Assembly (NCBI GenBank): GCA_963664195.1
Contig: OY760907.1
Span: 2,432,001-2,496,000, forward strand
Source: an uncultured candidate division Zixibacteria bacterium
GTDB taxonomy: Bacteria > Zixibacteria > MSB-5A5 > GN15 > FEB-12
Direction: 5' to 3'
Length of the DNA: 64,000 nucleotides
The notes beneath the pieces are model-generated. The model was not told the origin of the DNA and ran no database searches. It worked only from the letters and a program-made list of their open reading frames with translations. Positions 1-9,709 of the stretch are shown in pieces. Positions within the stretch are counted from its first letter, which is position 1. Each line of letters opens with the position of its first letter. The position numbers and the translations under genes are program-made.

Positions 1-144
1 GTTTCCGGTTCCATTGGATTTCGCAGAACACGCTGTCCCGCCAGTTCTCCGCCCGTGAGAGTTTTGTTACGCCCGGACGGTACAACACCTACGGTTTCAC
101 CTGGGACTTTTTGGACTGAGCGGTTGGCACCCTTTCGTAGCACC

Positions 145-242
145 GTAGGTCAAAACCCCTGCGGTTTTGACAGGGAAGACGTCGAAACTACAGGGCGCCG
201 TAGCCGCGTTAGTTTCGACCTACGCTGGCCTGCGGTTTCGAC
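145..242. repeat. GTAG-type REP-like palindrome cluster (copy 1)
   Basis: GTAG-GTCAAAACC-CCTGC-GGTTTTGAC at 145-171; inverted copy GTCGAAACTA...TAGTTTCGAC-CTAC at 181-223; half copy at 229-242. Related sequences occur at 21315 and 41440. Confidence 0.75.
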
Positions 243-279
243 AGGCGTGCGTTCATCATACTATATCCGACAATAGTCA

Positions 280-308
280 TTGACAACGTCTTTGTTTTGG
301 TCTATGCT
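280..308 (+). promoter_or_regulatory. sigma70-type promoter for the lipoprotein/metalloprotease genes
   Basis: TTGACA (280-285), 17 nt spacer, TATGCT (303-308). Confidence 0.7.
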
Positions 309-469
309 GAACTGATCGGGGGGAATCACACGACGCGTGACTTCCCCGGGAAGACAACGGCACTACGACAAAAGAGTCTTTTGACGCTGAGATCGGCGGT
401 ATGCCGTGTGGGCAGTGTTCTGTCTGCCGGACTGCCGGAGCGGTTTCAATCGAAAGGAGGTGAGAGAGA

Positions 470-826
470 ATGAAGATCAACAGCATTGCCAGACTGGCGT
501 TTCTGTGCCTGCTGGGCGGAGCGGTCTGTTTGCTATCCGTCTCATGCGACGATGGTGTTTCTACAGACGGGACATCCCATACGTTCTCCGGTATCATCAC
601 AGACTCTGTTGGGGGCGTAGCCTTGGAATCCGTTCAGGTGAGTTACTCGGCAGACACCGCAAGTGCATCCGGATTCTACACGGATAGCACCGGCCACTAC
701 CAGGGCGCGACTTGGGATGGGCATGTAACCATTTACGCTCACAAGAACGGTTATGTCAGTCAGAGCCGAAACTTGACTCTTGACAGGAATCTTACGGGTA
801 TTGACTTCAAGCTAGTTCAACGCTAG
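470..826 (+). CDS. lipoprotein with carboxypeptidase-regulatory-like (beta-sandwich) domain
   Basis: AGGAGG RBS; hydrophobic signal and lipobox-like SVS-C; G-x-I-T-D...TDSTGHY...KNGY pattern. Confidence 0.75.
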   Translation: MKINSIARLAFLCLLGGAVCLLSVSCDDGVSTDGTSHTFSGIITDSVGGVALESVQVSYSADTASASGFYTDSTGHYQGATWDGHVTIYAHKNGYVSQSRNLTLDRNLTGIDFKLVQR

Positions 827-838
827 GGGGAGATTACA

Positions 839-2882
839 ATGATTAGAATTCTGACCTTTGTCTTACTGCTACTGCTTACTCACTCTGCTCACGCTACTAA
901 TCTCGTACTTATTCAATTCGACTGTGCCGACTTTCAGTTCTCTCAGTCTCTACTGGAGGAATTAGAATCGAAAGGGGCCACAGCACGGCACGTTTTTGCA
1001 CCGAACTCCGCGATTGTCGACGCACACGGGCTGTCGCCTGATCTTTTGGCAGATGACACGAACAGGTGGACTGTTGTCACAGAGGCCGATCTTACCGGCT
1101 CCAGAGCGGCACTCGTGGATGATCGTATTCTTGACGCCTATCGGCACCTGATCAATCCACCGCCCGCCGAGACAAATGCGGGGGGGGGGGGGGGGATTCC
1201 GCAACTGTCTGAAAGTCGGGGCTGACTCATCGGGTGCGGCAGTGAAAGCTAAGACCGCATATCCCCACAAACTCACCGGACAGTATCTCATCGGCAACAT
1301 AGCTGTTGGCATCTATCTCATGGAATCTACCGGCTCCATTGAGGACTGGTGGCCGGCAGCCGAGCAACAGACCTTCAACGAGATAGTGGAGGGTCTGGAT
1401 TGGCTTGCCGAACAGGGATTCCAAAGAGGTGCAAAGGTCGTTTGGGTGTACGCACCCATGGAGACGGTATCGACCTCTGTGGAGCCAATAGTCGGTCAGT
1501 CCATGCCCTATCATGACATTCTGGGCTGGCACTTCGGCTGGCTGAACGACATTTACTCCGCACACAGTTTGTCCAACGAGTGGGATGGGGCGTACGGGCT
1601 GGCCAACCAGCTGCGTCAAACCTATTCCACCAACTGGGCACTCGAAGTGGTCGTGGTGATGGATGAGAACGACTCCGACCACATGTTCGCCAATGAGCAG
1701 TTTGCCTACGTCACATTGGACGGAAGCAGGCCGGGGCCGTTTGCGATCATGACCTACCATAACGACGGCTGGGGGCAGTCGCAAATGAGCGATGTCATTG
1801 CGCATGAAGCCAGCCACGTATTCGGCGCGTCCGACGAATACAACATTGACGAGAACGGCCCACCACAATGCCATGAATCGGATGACTGCGGGCCACAGAA
1901 CAGTTATCTCCAGACTGACAACGGCAATTGTGCCGTGTGCAATCCCAATTCGGTCAACTGCTACATGAAGGGAAGGCCAGGCTATGTGTGCGCGTACACG
2001 CCTCCCGAGTTGGGATGGCGGGATTACTGGTTGCCGAATAACGAGGTGATGGATCCTGTCGACCAGAACTCAGAGCGCTGGATGTCGATCTATCCGGCGG
2101 CAGCCGGTGACATAATCCGCATTACCGAGTTGGGGGGCAATTTCGCAAATGTGTTTGTCGTGTCGCCGGATATGCTCTTTGGGGCAAGTAACAACATTGT
2201 GTTCTGGGACGGTGTGAATTACAAGGACGAGTTGGTCGCATCGCCGCTCTGTATTGTGAACAAGAACGGCTCTGATATGGGCACGTTCCAGTTGCATTTT
2301 TCCACACCGTCGACGTACGCGGTGTCCGGGCACAGCTTTGGGTTTGACACGCTGTCTTTCGGTCTGCCGAATATAGCAATGTGCCTGCGTCACACCATCT
2401 ATGACAGTCTTGGCAACGTATTTGCCCGACCGACCTTCGACGTAATGAAGAGCAACCTTGCGGTGATTCATCAGGACATTGCGGGGTATCCTGACGGCAT
2501 ATATACATCTGAGGTTTACGGTCATCGTTCGTGCGGAGACCAGACAAATGTCTCGACACTGACATTCATTAACTATATCTGCGGCGATCTCGACGATGAC
2601 AGTCTTGTGACACAGGGCGACTTGACGATCCTGATTGACCATCTCTTCATAACTCTCGAACCTCTCAAACATTTGGCCGCAGCCGATTTGGACGGTTGCG
2701 ACGAAGTTGTTTCAATGGGAGACATGACCGTTCTCATTGATCACTTGTTTGTGTCGCTCGACCCGCTGGAGTGCTGTCACTCACTCGACAGTTATGCCTT
2801 CAAGAGACAGGTGAGTCCTGAGCGATTGCGGGACTTGGAAGCCGTTGCTGGAATGAACGTTGTCCGGCCAGCCAGCCGATAG
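839..2882 (+). CDS. secreted zinc metalloprotease with C-terminal dockerin-like domain, frameshifted at a G16 tract (ORFs 839-1225 and 1176-2882)
   Basis: ORF1 has a Sec signal peptide (...HSAHA) and a propeptide-like region. ORF2 has HEASHVFGASDEY, a CYM Met-turn-like motif and duplicated GDLD..DLTILIDHLF repeats. Removing one G fuses them into about 680 aa. Confidence 0.75.
1180..1195 (+). repeat. poly-G tract (16 G)
   Basis: Directly visible at the frame junction of the metalloprotease gene. Confidence 0.95.
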
Positions 2883-2907
2883 GCGTTTCCTGAGCATGCT
2901 TGCCGTA

Positions 2908-2942
2908 CTTGGTCACAGGCTTCCGTAGAGCCTGTGACCAAG
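2908..2942. terminator. 14-bp stem-loop downstream of the metalloprotease (terminator or REP-like)
   Basis: CTTGGTCACAGGCT-7 nt-AGCCTGTGACCAAG; no U-tract. Confidence 0.45.
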
Positions 2943-3015
2943 CAAGTCGTATAGACACTTGATCCGCCCGGCGCCTCTTGACTTTTCAATTCTCAGCCCG
3001 TTCCTTTATCTCAAT

Positions 3016-3573
3016 ATGGATATCAATCTAAACCGCGAAACCGCCTATGATCTGGTGGTCGAAAAGATCGGCAAGAACAATCTTCTCAAGCACATCCTGG
3101 CGGTCGAGGTCGGGATGCGTGCGCTTGCTGAGAAGTTCGGCGAAGATGTCGAGTATTGGGGGCTGACTGGACTTGTGCATGACCTCGATTACAACGAAAC
3201 CAAGGACGACGAGAAGAACCACACGTACGTCACTGAGGAATGGCTGGCCGCGTACGAACTTCCGCGGGAAATGCTGTACGCCATCCGCGCACACCCCGGC
3301 CACGTCCCGTGTAAGAGCATGCTCGATTGGGCGCTGTTCTGCACCGATCCCGCCACCGGATTCATAGTGGCCTGTGCGCTGATGCATCCGTCGAAGAAGC
3401 TCGCCTTGATTGACCGGGAGTTTATGCTTCGTCGTTTTTCGGAGAAGAGATTCGCCGCCGGAGCCAGCCGCGAGAATATGGCTTCCTGCTCCAATCTCGA
3501 CCTCGAACTTGGCGACTTTCTCGAGCTTGTCCGAGATGCTATGCTGACCATTACAGACGAGTTGGGTTTGTGA
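3016..3573 (+). CDS. HD-domain (HDIG-like) phosphohydrolase
   Basis: KHILAVE...GLVHDLDY...IRAH motifs; C-terminal KRFAAGASRE typical of this family; ATG at 3016 preferred. Confidence 0.85.
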   Translation: MDINLNRETAYDLVVEKIGKNNLLKHILAVEVGMRALAEKFGEDVEYWGLTGLVHDLDYNETKDDEKNHTYVTEEWLAAYELPREMLYAIRAHPGHVPCKSMLDWALFCTDPATGFIVACALMHPSKKLALIDREFMLRRFSEKRFAAGASRENMASCSNLDLELGDFLELVRDAMLTITDELGL

Positions 3574-4934
3574 ACAACCCGCTGGCGGATACCGGGGGAA
3601 CTGATTCAGCGTTGAAACGGACGTCCTCGATCTTCCGGCGTGAGGTTATTGGCTGGTCGCTGTACGATTTCGCCAACACCATCTACTCGATGAATATCGT
3701 GTCGCTGTACCTCAAGCGGTATATTGTCGAGGACCTCGGCCATGACGACCGGTATTTCGATATCCCGTTTTCCATCTCGATGTTGATTGCGGCGTTGCTC
3801 CTGCCTGCGCTGGGGGCGATGTCTGACCATTCAGCTAAGAAGAAGACGTTTCTGTTCTTGTTCACGCTGACTTGTTGTCTGGCTGTCGGTGGACTGGCCG
3901 CGGTGCCGACCTGGGCACTGAGCGCAATCCTGATACTCTTCATTATTGCCAACTTCTCTTACGAGGCCGGACAGCCTTTCTATAATGCTTTGTTGTATTC
4001 CATTTCCGAGGGGCGGGAGGCACGGTTTATTTCAGGGTTTGGCGTTGCCCTCGGGTATGTCGGCTCTGTTGTCGGCATGATACTCGTACTGCCGTTTGTT
4101 ACCGGCTCTCTTTTTGGCTGGGACGTTCCTTTCCTTGACGGCGGCGGTAAGATCGGCGCTTTTCTGCCGACTGCCGTGCTGTTCATGATCTTCGCTCTGC
4201 CGATCTTCTGCTGGGTGAAGGAAAAGCCGGTCGAGCAGAAAACAGGAGGGATACGAAAGGCATACCGTGAGGTATGGGAGGGCCTTCGCGAGACGCGGAA
4301 ATATCCGGGCGTGCTGCGTTTCCTGATTGCTGATTACTTCGTAGAGGACGCCGTTACCACGGTGATTCTGAATATTGGCATTTACTGCTCGATAGTGATC
4401 GGCCTTGAGGAAGGCCAGATAACAACGTTTCTGATCTTGTCGACTGTCACGGCGGTAATCGGATCGTTGATAATCGGTCAGCTTGCGAAAATCTGGTCGC
4501 TCAAGAAGCTTCTGTATATAATCATTGTAGGGTGGATAGTGTCGTTGCTCATGTTCGTGTTCACAGACAACATGACGATGATCTGGGTGCTCGGTTCGGT
4601 GGTGGGCATTCTGCTCGGGGGGCTGTGGACCACAACGCGCCCGATGCTGGCTGAACTCGTACCGCGCGAGGAGCTCGGCAGGTTCTTCGGTTTGTTCTCC
4701 CTCTCGGGACGCGCCGCCGCAGTGGTCGGACCGTTGATTTGGACAGCAGTTGTGTTCGTGTTCCGCCCTGATCGTACACTCGGTCAATGGGCCGGAGCGC
4801 TCCTTGGGCTCGAAGGTCAGGAGGCAGAACGCTTGCCCTACAAACTTGGTGTAATGTCACTTGTGCTGATGATGGTTATCGGTTTGATTGTGTTCAGGAA
4901 GGTTCCTGAAGTGAAGAGAGACACTGATGGCTGA
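3570..4934 (+). CDS. MFS transporter, UMF1/Atg22-like family
   Basis: WSLYDFANT N-terminal motif; about 12 TM segments; GRFFGLFSLSGR. Confidence 0.9.
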   Translation: MNNPLADTGGTDSALKRTSSIFRREVIGWSLYDFANTIYSMNIVSLYLKRYIVEDLGHDDRYFDIPFSISMLIAALLLPALGAMSDHSAKKKTFLFLFTLTCCLAVGGLAAVPTWALSAILILFIIANFSYEAGQPFYNALLYSISEGREARFISGFGVALGYVGSVVGMILVLPFVTGSLFGWDVPFLDGGGKIGAFLPTAVLFMIFALPIFCWVKEKPVEQKTGGIRKAYREVWEGLRETRKYPGVLRFLIADYFVEDAVTTVILNIGIYCSIVIGLEEGQITTFLILSTVTAVIGSLIIGQLAKIWSLKKLLYIIIVGWIVSLLMFVFTDNMTMIWVLGSVVGILLGGLWTTTRPMLAELVPREELGRFFGLFSLSGRAAAVVGPLIWTAVVFVFRPDRTLGQWAGALLGLEGQEAERLPYKLGVMSLVLMMVIGLIVFRKVPEVKRDTDG

Positions 4935-5985
4935 GCGGGTTGGTGACCGGTTCCACTACTCCGGAGCCGTGCATATTCATACTACCGAATCCGACGGTAC
5001 CAAGCCACTCGAGGAAATCGTGGAGATCGGTCGCAGTGTCGATCTTGATTTCATGATGTTTGCCGACCACATGGGATTGAGCAACCGTGAGGCCGGACTC
5101 GAAGGCCGGTACGGCGACACGCTGGTGATGATCGGGTATGAACACAACGATCTCGATGACAAGAACCACTTCCTGGTATTCGGCTCACCCGACGTCTACG
5201 TCGAAGACCTTCATCCTCGCGAGTATGTCGCCGCGGCCAGAGCGGACGGGGCGCTGGGCATCATTGCCCATCCGATTGAAAAACGAAACGACTCTGGTAA
5301 GTACCCGCCGTACCCGTGGACGGCCTGGGACACCAATCTGTTCGACGGTATGGAACTGTGGAACCAGATGTCGGAGTGGATGGAAAAGCTCACGCCGCTC
5401 AATAAGTTGTTGATGGCTCTCTCGCCGCGCAAGTCGATGGTAGGTCCGACGCAGGAAGTCCTGAAGAGATGGGACGATCTGAGTCTGACGCAACGATGTG
5501 TCGGTATAGCCAGCGCCGATGCCCATGCTTTTCCGGTCGATCTCGGACCGTGGCGGGTGGAGATATTCCCCTACAAAGTGCACTTCCGGTGCCTTCGGAC
5601 ACATCTTGTCCTCCGCGAACCGTTACCGGATGATTTCGACTCGGCCAGACGAGTTTTCTACGATTCTGTGCGCAACTGCCGCGTGTACATCTCCAATTCT
5701 CGTTGGGGGTGTGCGGACCGGTTCGAGTTCCATGTCGAACGAAAGGGAGAGACCGCCACCAGCGGCGAGAGCCTTGACTCGCACGAGGGGGCACGCATTG
5801 TCGTTACACTGCCCTCGATTGCGACGGTGAAGCTTATTCGCAACGGCGAGGTTATTCGGCAGATAAAGACATCCAGACTGGAACACACAGTGGACAGGCC
5901 CGGTTTGTATCGTGTGGAGGCCTGGAGGGGTAAACGGGGATGGATTTTCTCCAATCACGTCCGATTAGGAAGAGTAGAAGCCTGA
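4927..5985 (+). CDS. PHP-domain metallophosphoesterase (CehA/McbA-like)
   Basis: GAVHIHTTESDG, ADH, IAHP and SADAH PHP motifs; C-terminal GLYRVEA. Confidence 0.85.
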   Translation: MAERVGDRFHYSGAVHIHTTESDGTKPLEEIVEIGRSVDLDFMMFADHMGLSNREAGLEGRYGDTLVMIGYEHNDLDDKNHFLVFGSPDVYVEDLHPREYVAAARADGALGIIAHPIEKRNDSGKYPPYPWTAWDTNLFDGMELWNQMSEWMEKLTPLNKLLMALSPRKSMVGPTQEVLKRWDDLSLTQRCVGIASADAHAFPVDLGPWRVEIFPYKVHFRCLRTHLVLREPLPDDFDSARRVFYDSVRNCRVYISNSRWGCADRFEFHVERKGETATSGESLDSHEGARIVVTLPSIATVKLIRNGEVIRQIKTSRLEHTVDRPGLYRVEAWRGKRGWIFSNHVRLGRVEA

Positions 5986-5988
5986 GGA

Positions 5989-6396
5989 ATGGACAGCATG
6001 GAACAGACGGTCGTTAGCTACATACCCGAAACCAACGGTCACAGTGATCCCGAGCCGATCTATTGCAAGTTTGTGGTTATCGAAACCGCCGGCACACGCA
6101 ATCTGATCGTCGGACCGGTCTCTGAGTATCCCTATCACGCCAACCTGGTCGACCGCTTTTGTTCCGATAACCTTATAGCGTCCAGTTGGATACAGAGGCC
6201 TGACCTGGTCCGTATATTCGATTCGGCGGTCAAAATCCGGGGTGGCGGCTATCTCTCCTTCGATTTCGCAAGAAAAGAGGTCAAGTTGGCCGGTGTGTCC
6301 AAAGCCTACGGCGCCTATCAGCCTAATCAAATTGCAAGGGTCGTCGAACGTACCGACTTCTTTGTCGGTTTCAACGTCAGTATCTCGGGTCTGTAG
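5989..6396 (+). CDS. Janus/Ocnus (PHPT1-like) phosphohistidine-phosphatase-like protein
   Basis: KFVVI...YHAN...GGGYLSF...KEVKLAGVSKAYG is colinear with PHPT1 KYVLI...YHAD...GGGRISH...KKIHVYGYSMAYG (recalled from memory). Confidence 0.6.
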   Translation: MDSMEQTVVSYIPETNGHSDPEPIYCKFVVIETAGTRNLIVGPVSEYPYHANLVDRFCSDNLIASSWIQRPDLVRIFDSAVKIRGGGYLSFDFARKEVKLAGVSKAYGAYQPNQIARVVERTDFFVGFNVSISGL

Positions 6397-6545
6397 CGTC
6401 TACTTGACAGACTGTCTCTCGAATCTCCTGCTATCCCGTACCTGTTGGAAAACTCGCACGCTTAACTCATTGGTGGGGAGCAGTATGCTAAGGATGCACA
6501 GTTGTCAAAGTCTATCTTCATGCACCTGATAAGTATAGAATTTTA

Positions 6546-6574
6546 TTGACATTCGTTCAGTTAACCCCTAAGGT
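6546..6574 (+). promoter_or_regulatory. sigma70-type promoter of the nuo operon
   Basis: TTGACA (6546-6551), 17 nt spacer, TAAGGT (6569-6574), 43 nt before the nuoA ATG. Confidence 0.6.
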
Positions 6575-6617
6575 TATCGTCAACGTCCGGCTACACAAAC
6601 GGCGTAAGGAATGCAAC

Positions 6618-6974
6618 ATGTTCGAAGAATTCTACCCGATCCTGTTTCTTCTGGGACTGGCCACGTTTCTGGCGGTGATGCTGACTGCCCTGTCGATTCT
6701 TCTGGGCCGGCGTACCAGATTGGGCAAGAAGGGCCAGCCGTATGAATGCGGTGTTGATCCTGTCGGTGACACCCGCGAACCCGTACCGGTCAAGTTCTTC
6801 CTGGTGGCCATTTCCTTTATTCTTTTCGATGTCGAGTTGATCTTTTTGCTGCCGTGGGCAGTTGTCTCTCGTGAACTCGGCATGTTCGGGTTTTCCGCCA
6901 TATCGGTATTTGTGGTGGTGATCCTCGTGGGCTACTTCTATGAGATTGGCCGAGGAGCTTTGAAATGGGATTAG
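6618..6974 (+). CDS. nuoA: NADH:quinone oxidoreductase subunit A
   Basis: PYECG and [15 protein letters not shown] motifs; AAGGA RBS before ATG 6618. Confidence 0.97.
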   Translation: MFEEFYPILFLLGLATFLAVMLTALSILLGRRTRLGKKGQPYECGVDPVGDTREPVPVKFFLVAISFILFDVELIFLLPWAVVSRELGMFGFSAISVFVVVILVGYFYEIGRGALKWD

Positions 6975-7474
6975 AAGAGAAGATACCTGACTCTATTATA
7001 CTGACCACTCTCGATTCGGTTGTCGGTTGGGCACGCAAGCGCTCCTGTTGGCCGCTGACCATGGGATTGGCCTGCTGTGCGATTGAGATGATGGCGACGT
7101 TTATGGCCAAATACGACATGGCCCGCTACGGCATGGAAGTGTTTCGTGCCTCGCCGCGTCAGGCGGACCTGATGATTGTGGCCGGACGAGTGTCGATGAA
7201 AATGGCGCCGGTGGTCAAGACGCTGTACGAGCAAATGCCGAACCCGAAGTGGGTGATTTCAATGGGCTCCTGTGCCTGTAGCGGTGGCGTGTTCAACAAC
7301 TATGCCATCTTGCAGGGTGTGGACAAGATTATTCCGGTCGATGTGTACGTCCCCGGTTGTCCGCCTCGCCCCGAGCAGTTGATGGACGGTATTCTGAAGA
7401 TACACGACAAGATTACGCAGACATCGATAAAGTCGAAGAACGAAGACTGGGGCAGGACCGTCACAGGACGGTAA
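6965..7474 (+). CDS. nuoB: NADH:quinone oxidoreductase subunit B
   Basis: [24 protein letters not shown]. Confidence 0.98.
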   Translation: MGLEEKIPDSIILTTLDSVVGWARKRSCWPLTMGLACCAIEMMATFMAKYDMARYGMEVFRASPRQADLMIVAGRVSMKMAPVVKTLYEQMPNPKWVISMGSCACSGGVFNNYAILQGVDKIIPVDVYVPGCPPRPEQLMDGILKIHDKITQTSIKSKNEDWGRTVTGR

Positions 7475-7539
7475 CTGCTGTGACTACCGGGCGACCGGTT
7501 TCTCAGGACCCTTTGTGAATTTTGGAACAAGAGCCTCGG

Positions 7540-8055
7540 ATGGAAGAAAAGGTTAGAGAGTTTCTAAAGAGTCATTTCCCGGACGCTGTTGTGAGCGAGG
7601 ACAATTTCCGTGACCAGCAGTCTTTCTACATTCAACCGGACCAGTTGATGTCGATCGTGCAGGCGATTGTCGAGAACTCGGATCTCGACACGCGCTATCT
7701 CTGCGACATCACCTCGGTTGACTGGCTGGAGCAGCAGGAAGAGAAAGGCGGACGGTTTGAGGTCGTCTACAATTTCTACAGCCTTTCGCACAAGCACCGT
7801 TTCTTTCTCAAGACGATGCTCCCTGCCGAGGATCCGGAAATCGACAGCCTGACTCCCCTGTTCAACGGGGCCAACTGGATGGAAAGAGAGGTTTGGGACC
7901 TGATGGGCATCAAGTTCACCGGTCACCCCAATCTCACCAAGATTCTGACCCCGGACGAGCTTGAGGGCCACCCCCTGAGACGGGATTTCCCGCTTACCTA
8001 CGAAGTGCCGCAGTTCAACTGGAACAAGGATGATCCTCCCGAGGTGATCAAGTAG
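7540..8055 (+). CDS. nuoC: NADH:quinone oxidoreductase subunit C
   Basis: ANWMEREVWDLMGI...GHPLRRDFP; start at 7540 or 7522. Confidence 0.97.
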   Translation: MEEKVREFLKSHFPDAVVSEDNFRDQQSFYIQPDQLMSIVQAIVENSDLDTRYLCDITSVDWLEQQEEKGGRFEVVYNFYSLSHKHRFFLKTMLPAEDPEIDSLTPLFNGANWMEREVWDLMGIKFTGHPNLTKILTPDELEGHPLRRDFPLTYEVPQFNWNKDDPPEVIK

Positions 8056-9224
8056 TGGAAAAGAAGACACTCACTGTCAACATGGGACCACAGCACCCCG
8101 CCACTCACGGTGTGCTGCGCGTCATCCTCGAAGTAGAGGGAGAGACCATCGTCAAGGCGACTCCTGTTGTGGGGTATCTGCATACCGGCATCGAAAAGAC
8201 GATGGAGAGCAAGCTCTACTACAAAGCGATCCCCTGCACAGACCGTATGGATTATCTCTCGCCGATGATGAACAACCTCGGCTTCTGTCTGGCAGTGGAA
8301 AAACTGATGGGTATTGAGGTACCCGAGAAAGTCAAATGGGCGCGCGTCTGCTTGGCCGAACTCACGCGAATCAAATCGCACCTCGTCTGGCTTGGAACTC
8401 ACGCCATGGACCTCGGCGCGGTATCGATGAGTCTCTATGCTTTCCGCGAGCGTGAGATGATCGTGGATATCTACGAAGCCTGCGGCGGTCAGCGGATGAT
8501 GTCAACCTACATCCGTATCGGCGGGCTGTCCCACGAACTGCCTCCGAATTTCGAGCAACTTGTCCGGACCGTCCTCAAGGAAATGCCGGACCGTCTGGAT
8601 GACTACGAAGCCCTGCTGACCAACAACAGGATTTTCATCGGTCGAACAAAGAACGTGGCCGTGATTTCTGCCGAGGATGCCATCAACTGGTCGCTCTCCG
8701 GCCCGATGCTCCGAGGCTCCGGCGTCAAACAGGACCTTCGCAAGGACAACCCATACTCCGGGTATGAAAACTTTGACTTTGATATAGCTCTCGGCGAAAA
8801 CGGCGATTCCTACGACCGGTATCTCCTGAGACTCGAAGAAATTCGCCAGTCTCTTCGCATCATACAGCAGGCCATCGACGGTATGCCGGAAGGACCGTAT
8901 CGGGCGCATGTCCCGGGCGTGGTGCTTCCGCCGAAGGAAGACGTTCTCCATAAAATGGAATCGCTAATCTTCCACTTCAAGATTATCACGGATGGTTTCA
9001 AGACTCCGGTGGGGTCGGTCTACCAGGCTGTCGAGGCATCCAAGGGCGAGCTCGGGTTCTATATCGCGTCCAACGGCTCGAACAGGCCCCAGCGCATACG
9101 CGTGCGGCCGCCGTCGTTCATCAATCTCTCGGCGCTTCCGCAGTTGATTGAAGGATCAATGGTAGCTGATGCCGTTTGCGCCATCGGTACTCTGGACATC
9201 GTGCTGGGGGAGGTGGATCGATGA
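8055..9224 (+). CDS. nuoD: NADH:quinone oxidoreductase subunit D
   Basis: NMGPQHPATHGVLR, GYLHTGIEK, DIVLGEVDR. Confidence 0.98.
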   Translation: MEKKTLTVNMGPQHPATHGVLRVILEVEGETIVKATPVVGYLHTGIEKTMESKLYYKAIPCTDRMDYLSPMMNNLGFCLAVEKLMGIEVPEKVKWARVCLAELTRIKSHLVWLGTHAMDLGAVSMSLYAFREREMIVDIYEACGGQRMMSTYIRIGGLSHELPPNFEQLVRTVLKEMPDRLDDYEALLTNNRIFIGRTKNVAVISAEDAINWSLSGPMLRGSGVKQDLRKDNPYSGYENFDFDIALGENGDSYDRYLLRLEEIRQSLRIIQQAIDGMPEGPYRAHVPGVVLPPKEDVLHKMESLIFHFKIITDGFKTPVGSVYQAVEASKGELGFYIASNGSNRPQRIRVRPPSFINLSALPQLIEGSMVADAVCAIGTLDIVLGEVDR

Positions 9225-9709
9225 TTCTCTCTGAGCAGTCAATCAGCAGAATAATAGAAGCGCAGGCCCTGTACCCGCGCCCCAAGTCGGTCATCCTGCC
9301 GGCTATTACGATTGCCTACCGTCAGGTGGGGCATTTGAGCGACGAAATCTACCAAGAAATCGCGCAGATCACCGGCCTTCACACAGTAGAGATAGCCGAG
9401 GCCGCGACGTTCTATACTATGTTCCCCAAGCAGCCAACCGGGAAATACCTCATTCAGGTCTGTCACAATCTTTCCTGCTCTCTGATGGGGGCCGACAATC
9501 TTATTGTCTATCTCGAAGAGAAACTGGGGATCAAGAAGGGGGAGACGACGTCGGACAACATGTTCACTCTCATTTCGGTCGAGTGCTTGGGCTCCTGTGC
9601 TACGGCTCCGATGATGCAGATCAATCACGATTATTACGAGAATCTGACCCGTGAGAAGGTGGACAATATCCTCGAAGAACTGAGAGTCAAGGCGGAGGCG
9701 AAAGCATGA
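9221..9709 (+). CDS. nuoE: NADH:quinone oxidoreductase subunit E
   Basis: VCHNLSC...ECLGSC 2Fe-2S ligands; ATGA overlap with nuoD. Confidence 0.97.
   Translation: MILSEQSISRIIEAQALYPRPKSVILPAITIAYRQVGHLSDEIYQEIAQITGLHTVEIAEAATFYTMFPKQPTGKYLIQVCHNLSCSLMGADNLIVYLEEKLGIKKGETTSDNMFTLISVECLGSCATAPMMQINHDYYENLTREKVDNILEELRVKAEAKA

Noticed and set aside
55..276. 73-aa ORF, and the 41191-41550 ORF sharing VGxNPCGFD
   Set aside because: The shared peptide is simply translation of the REP-like repeat.
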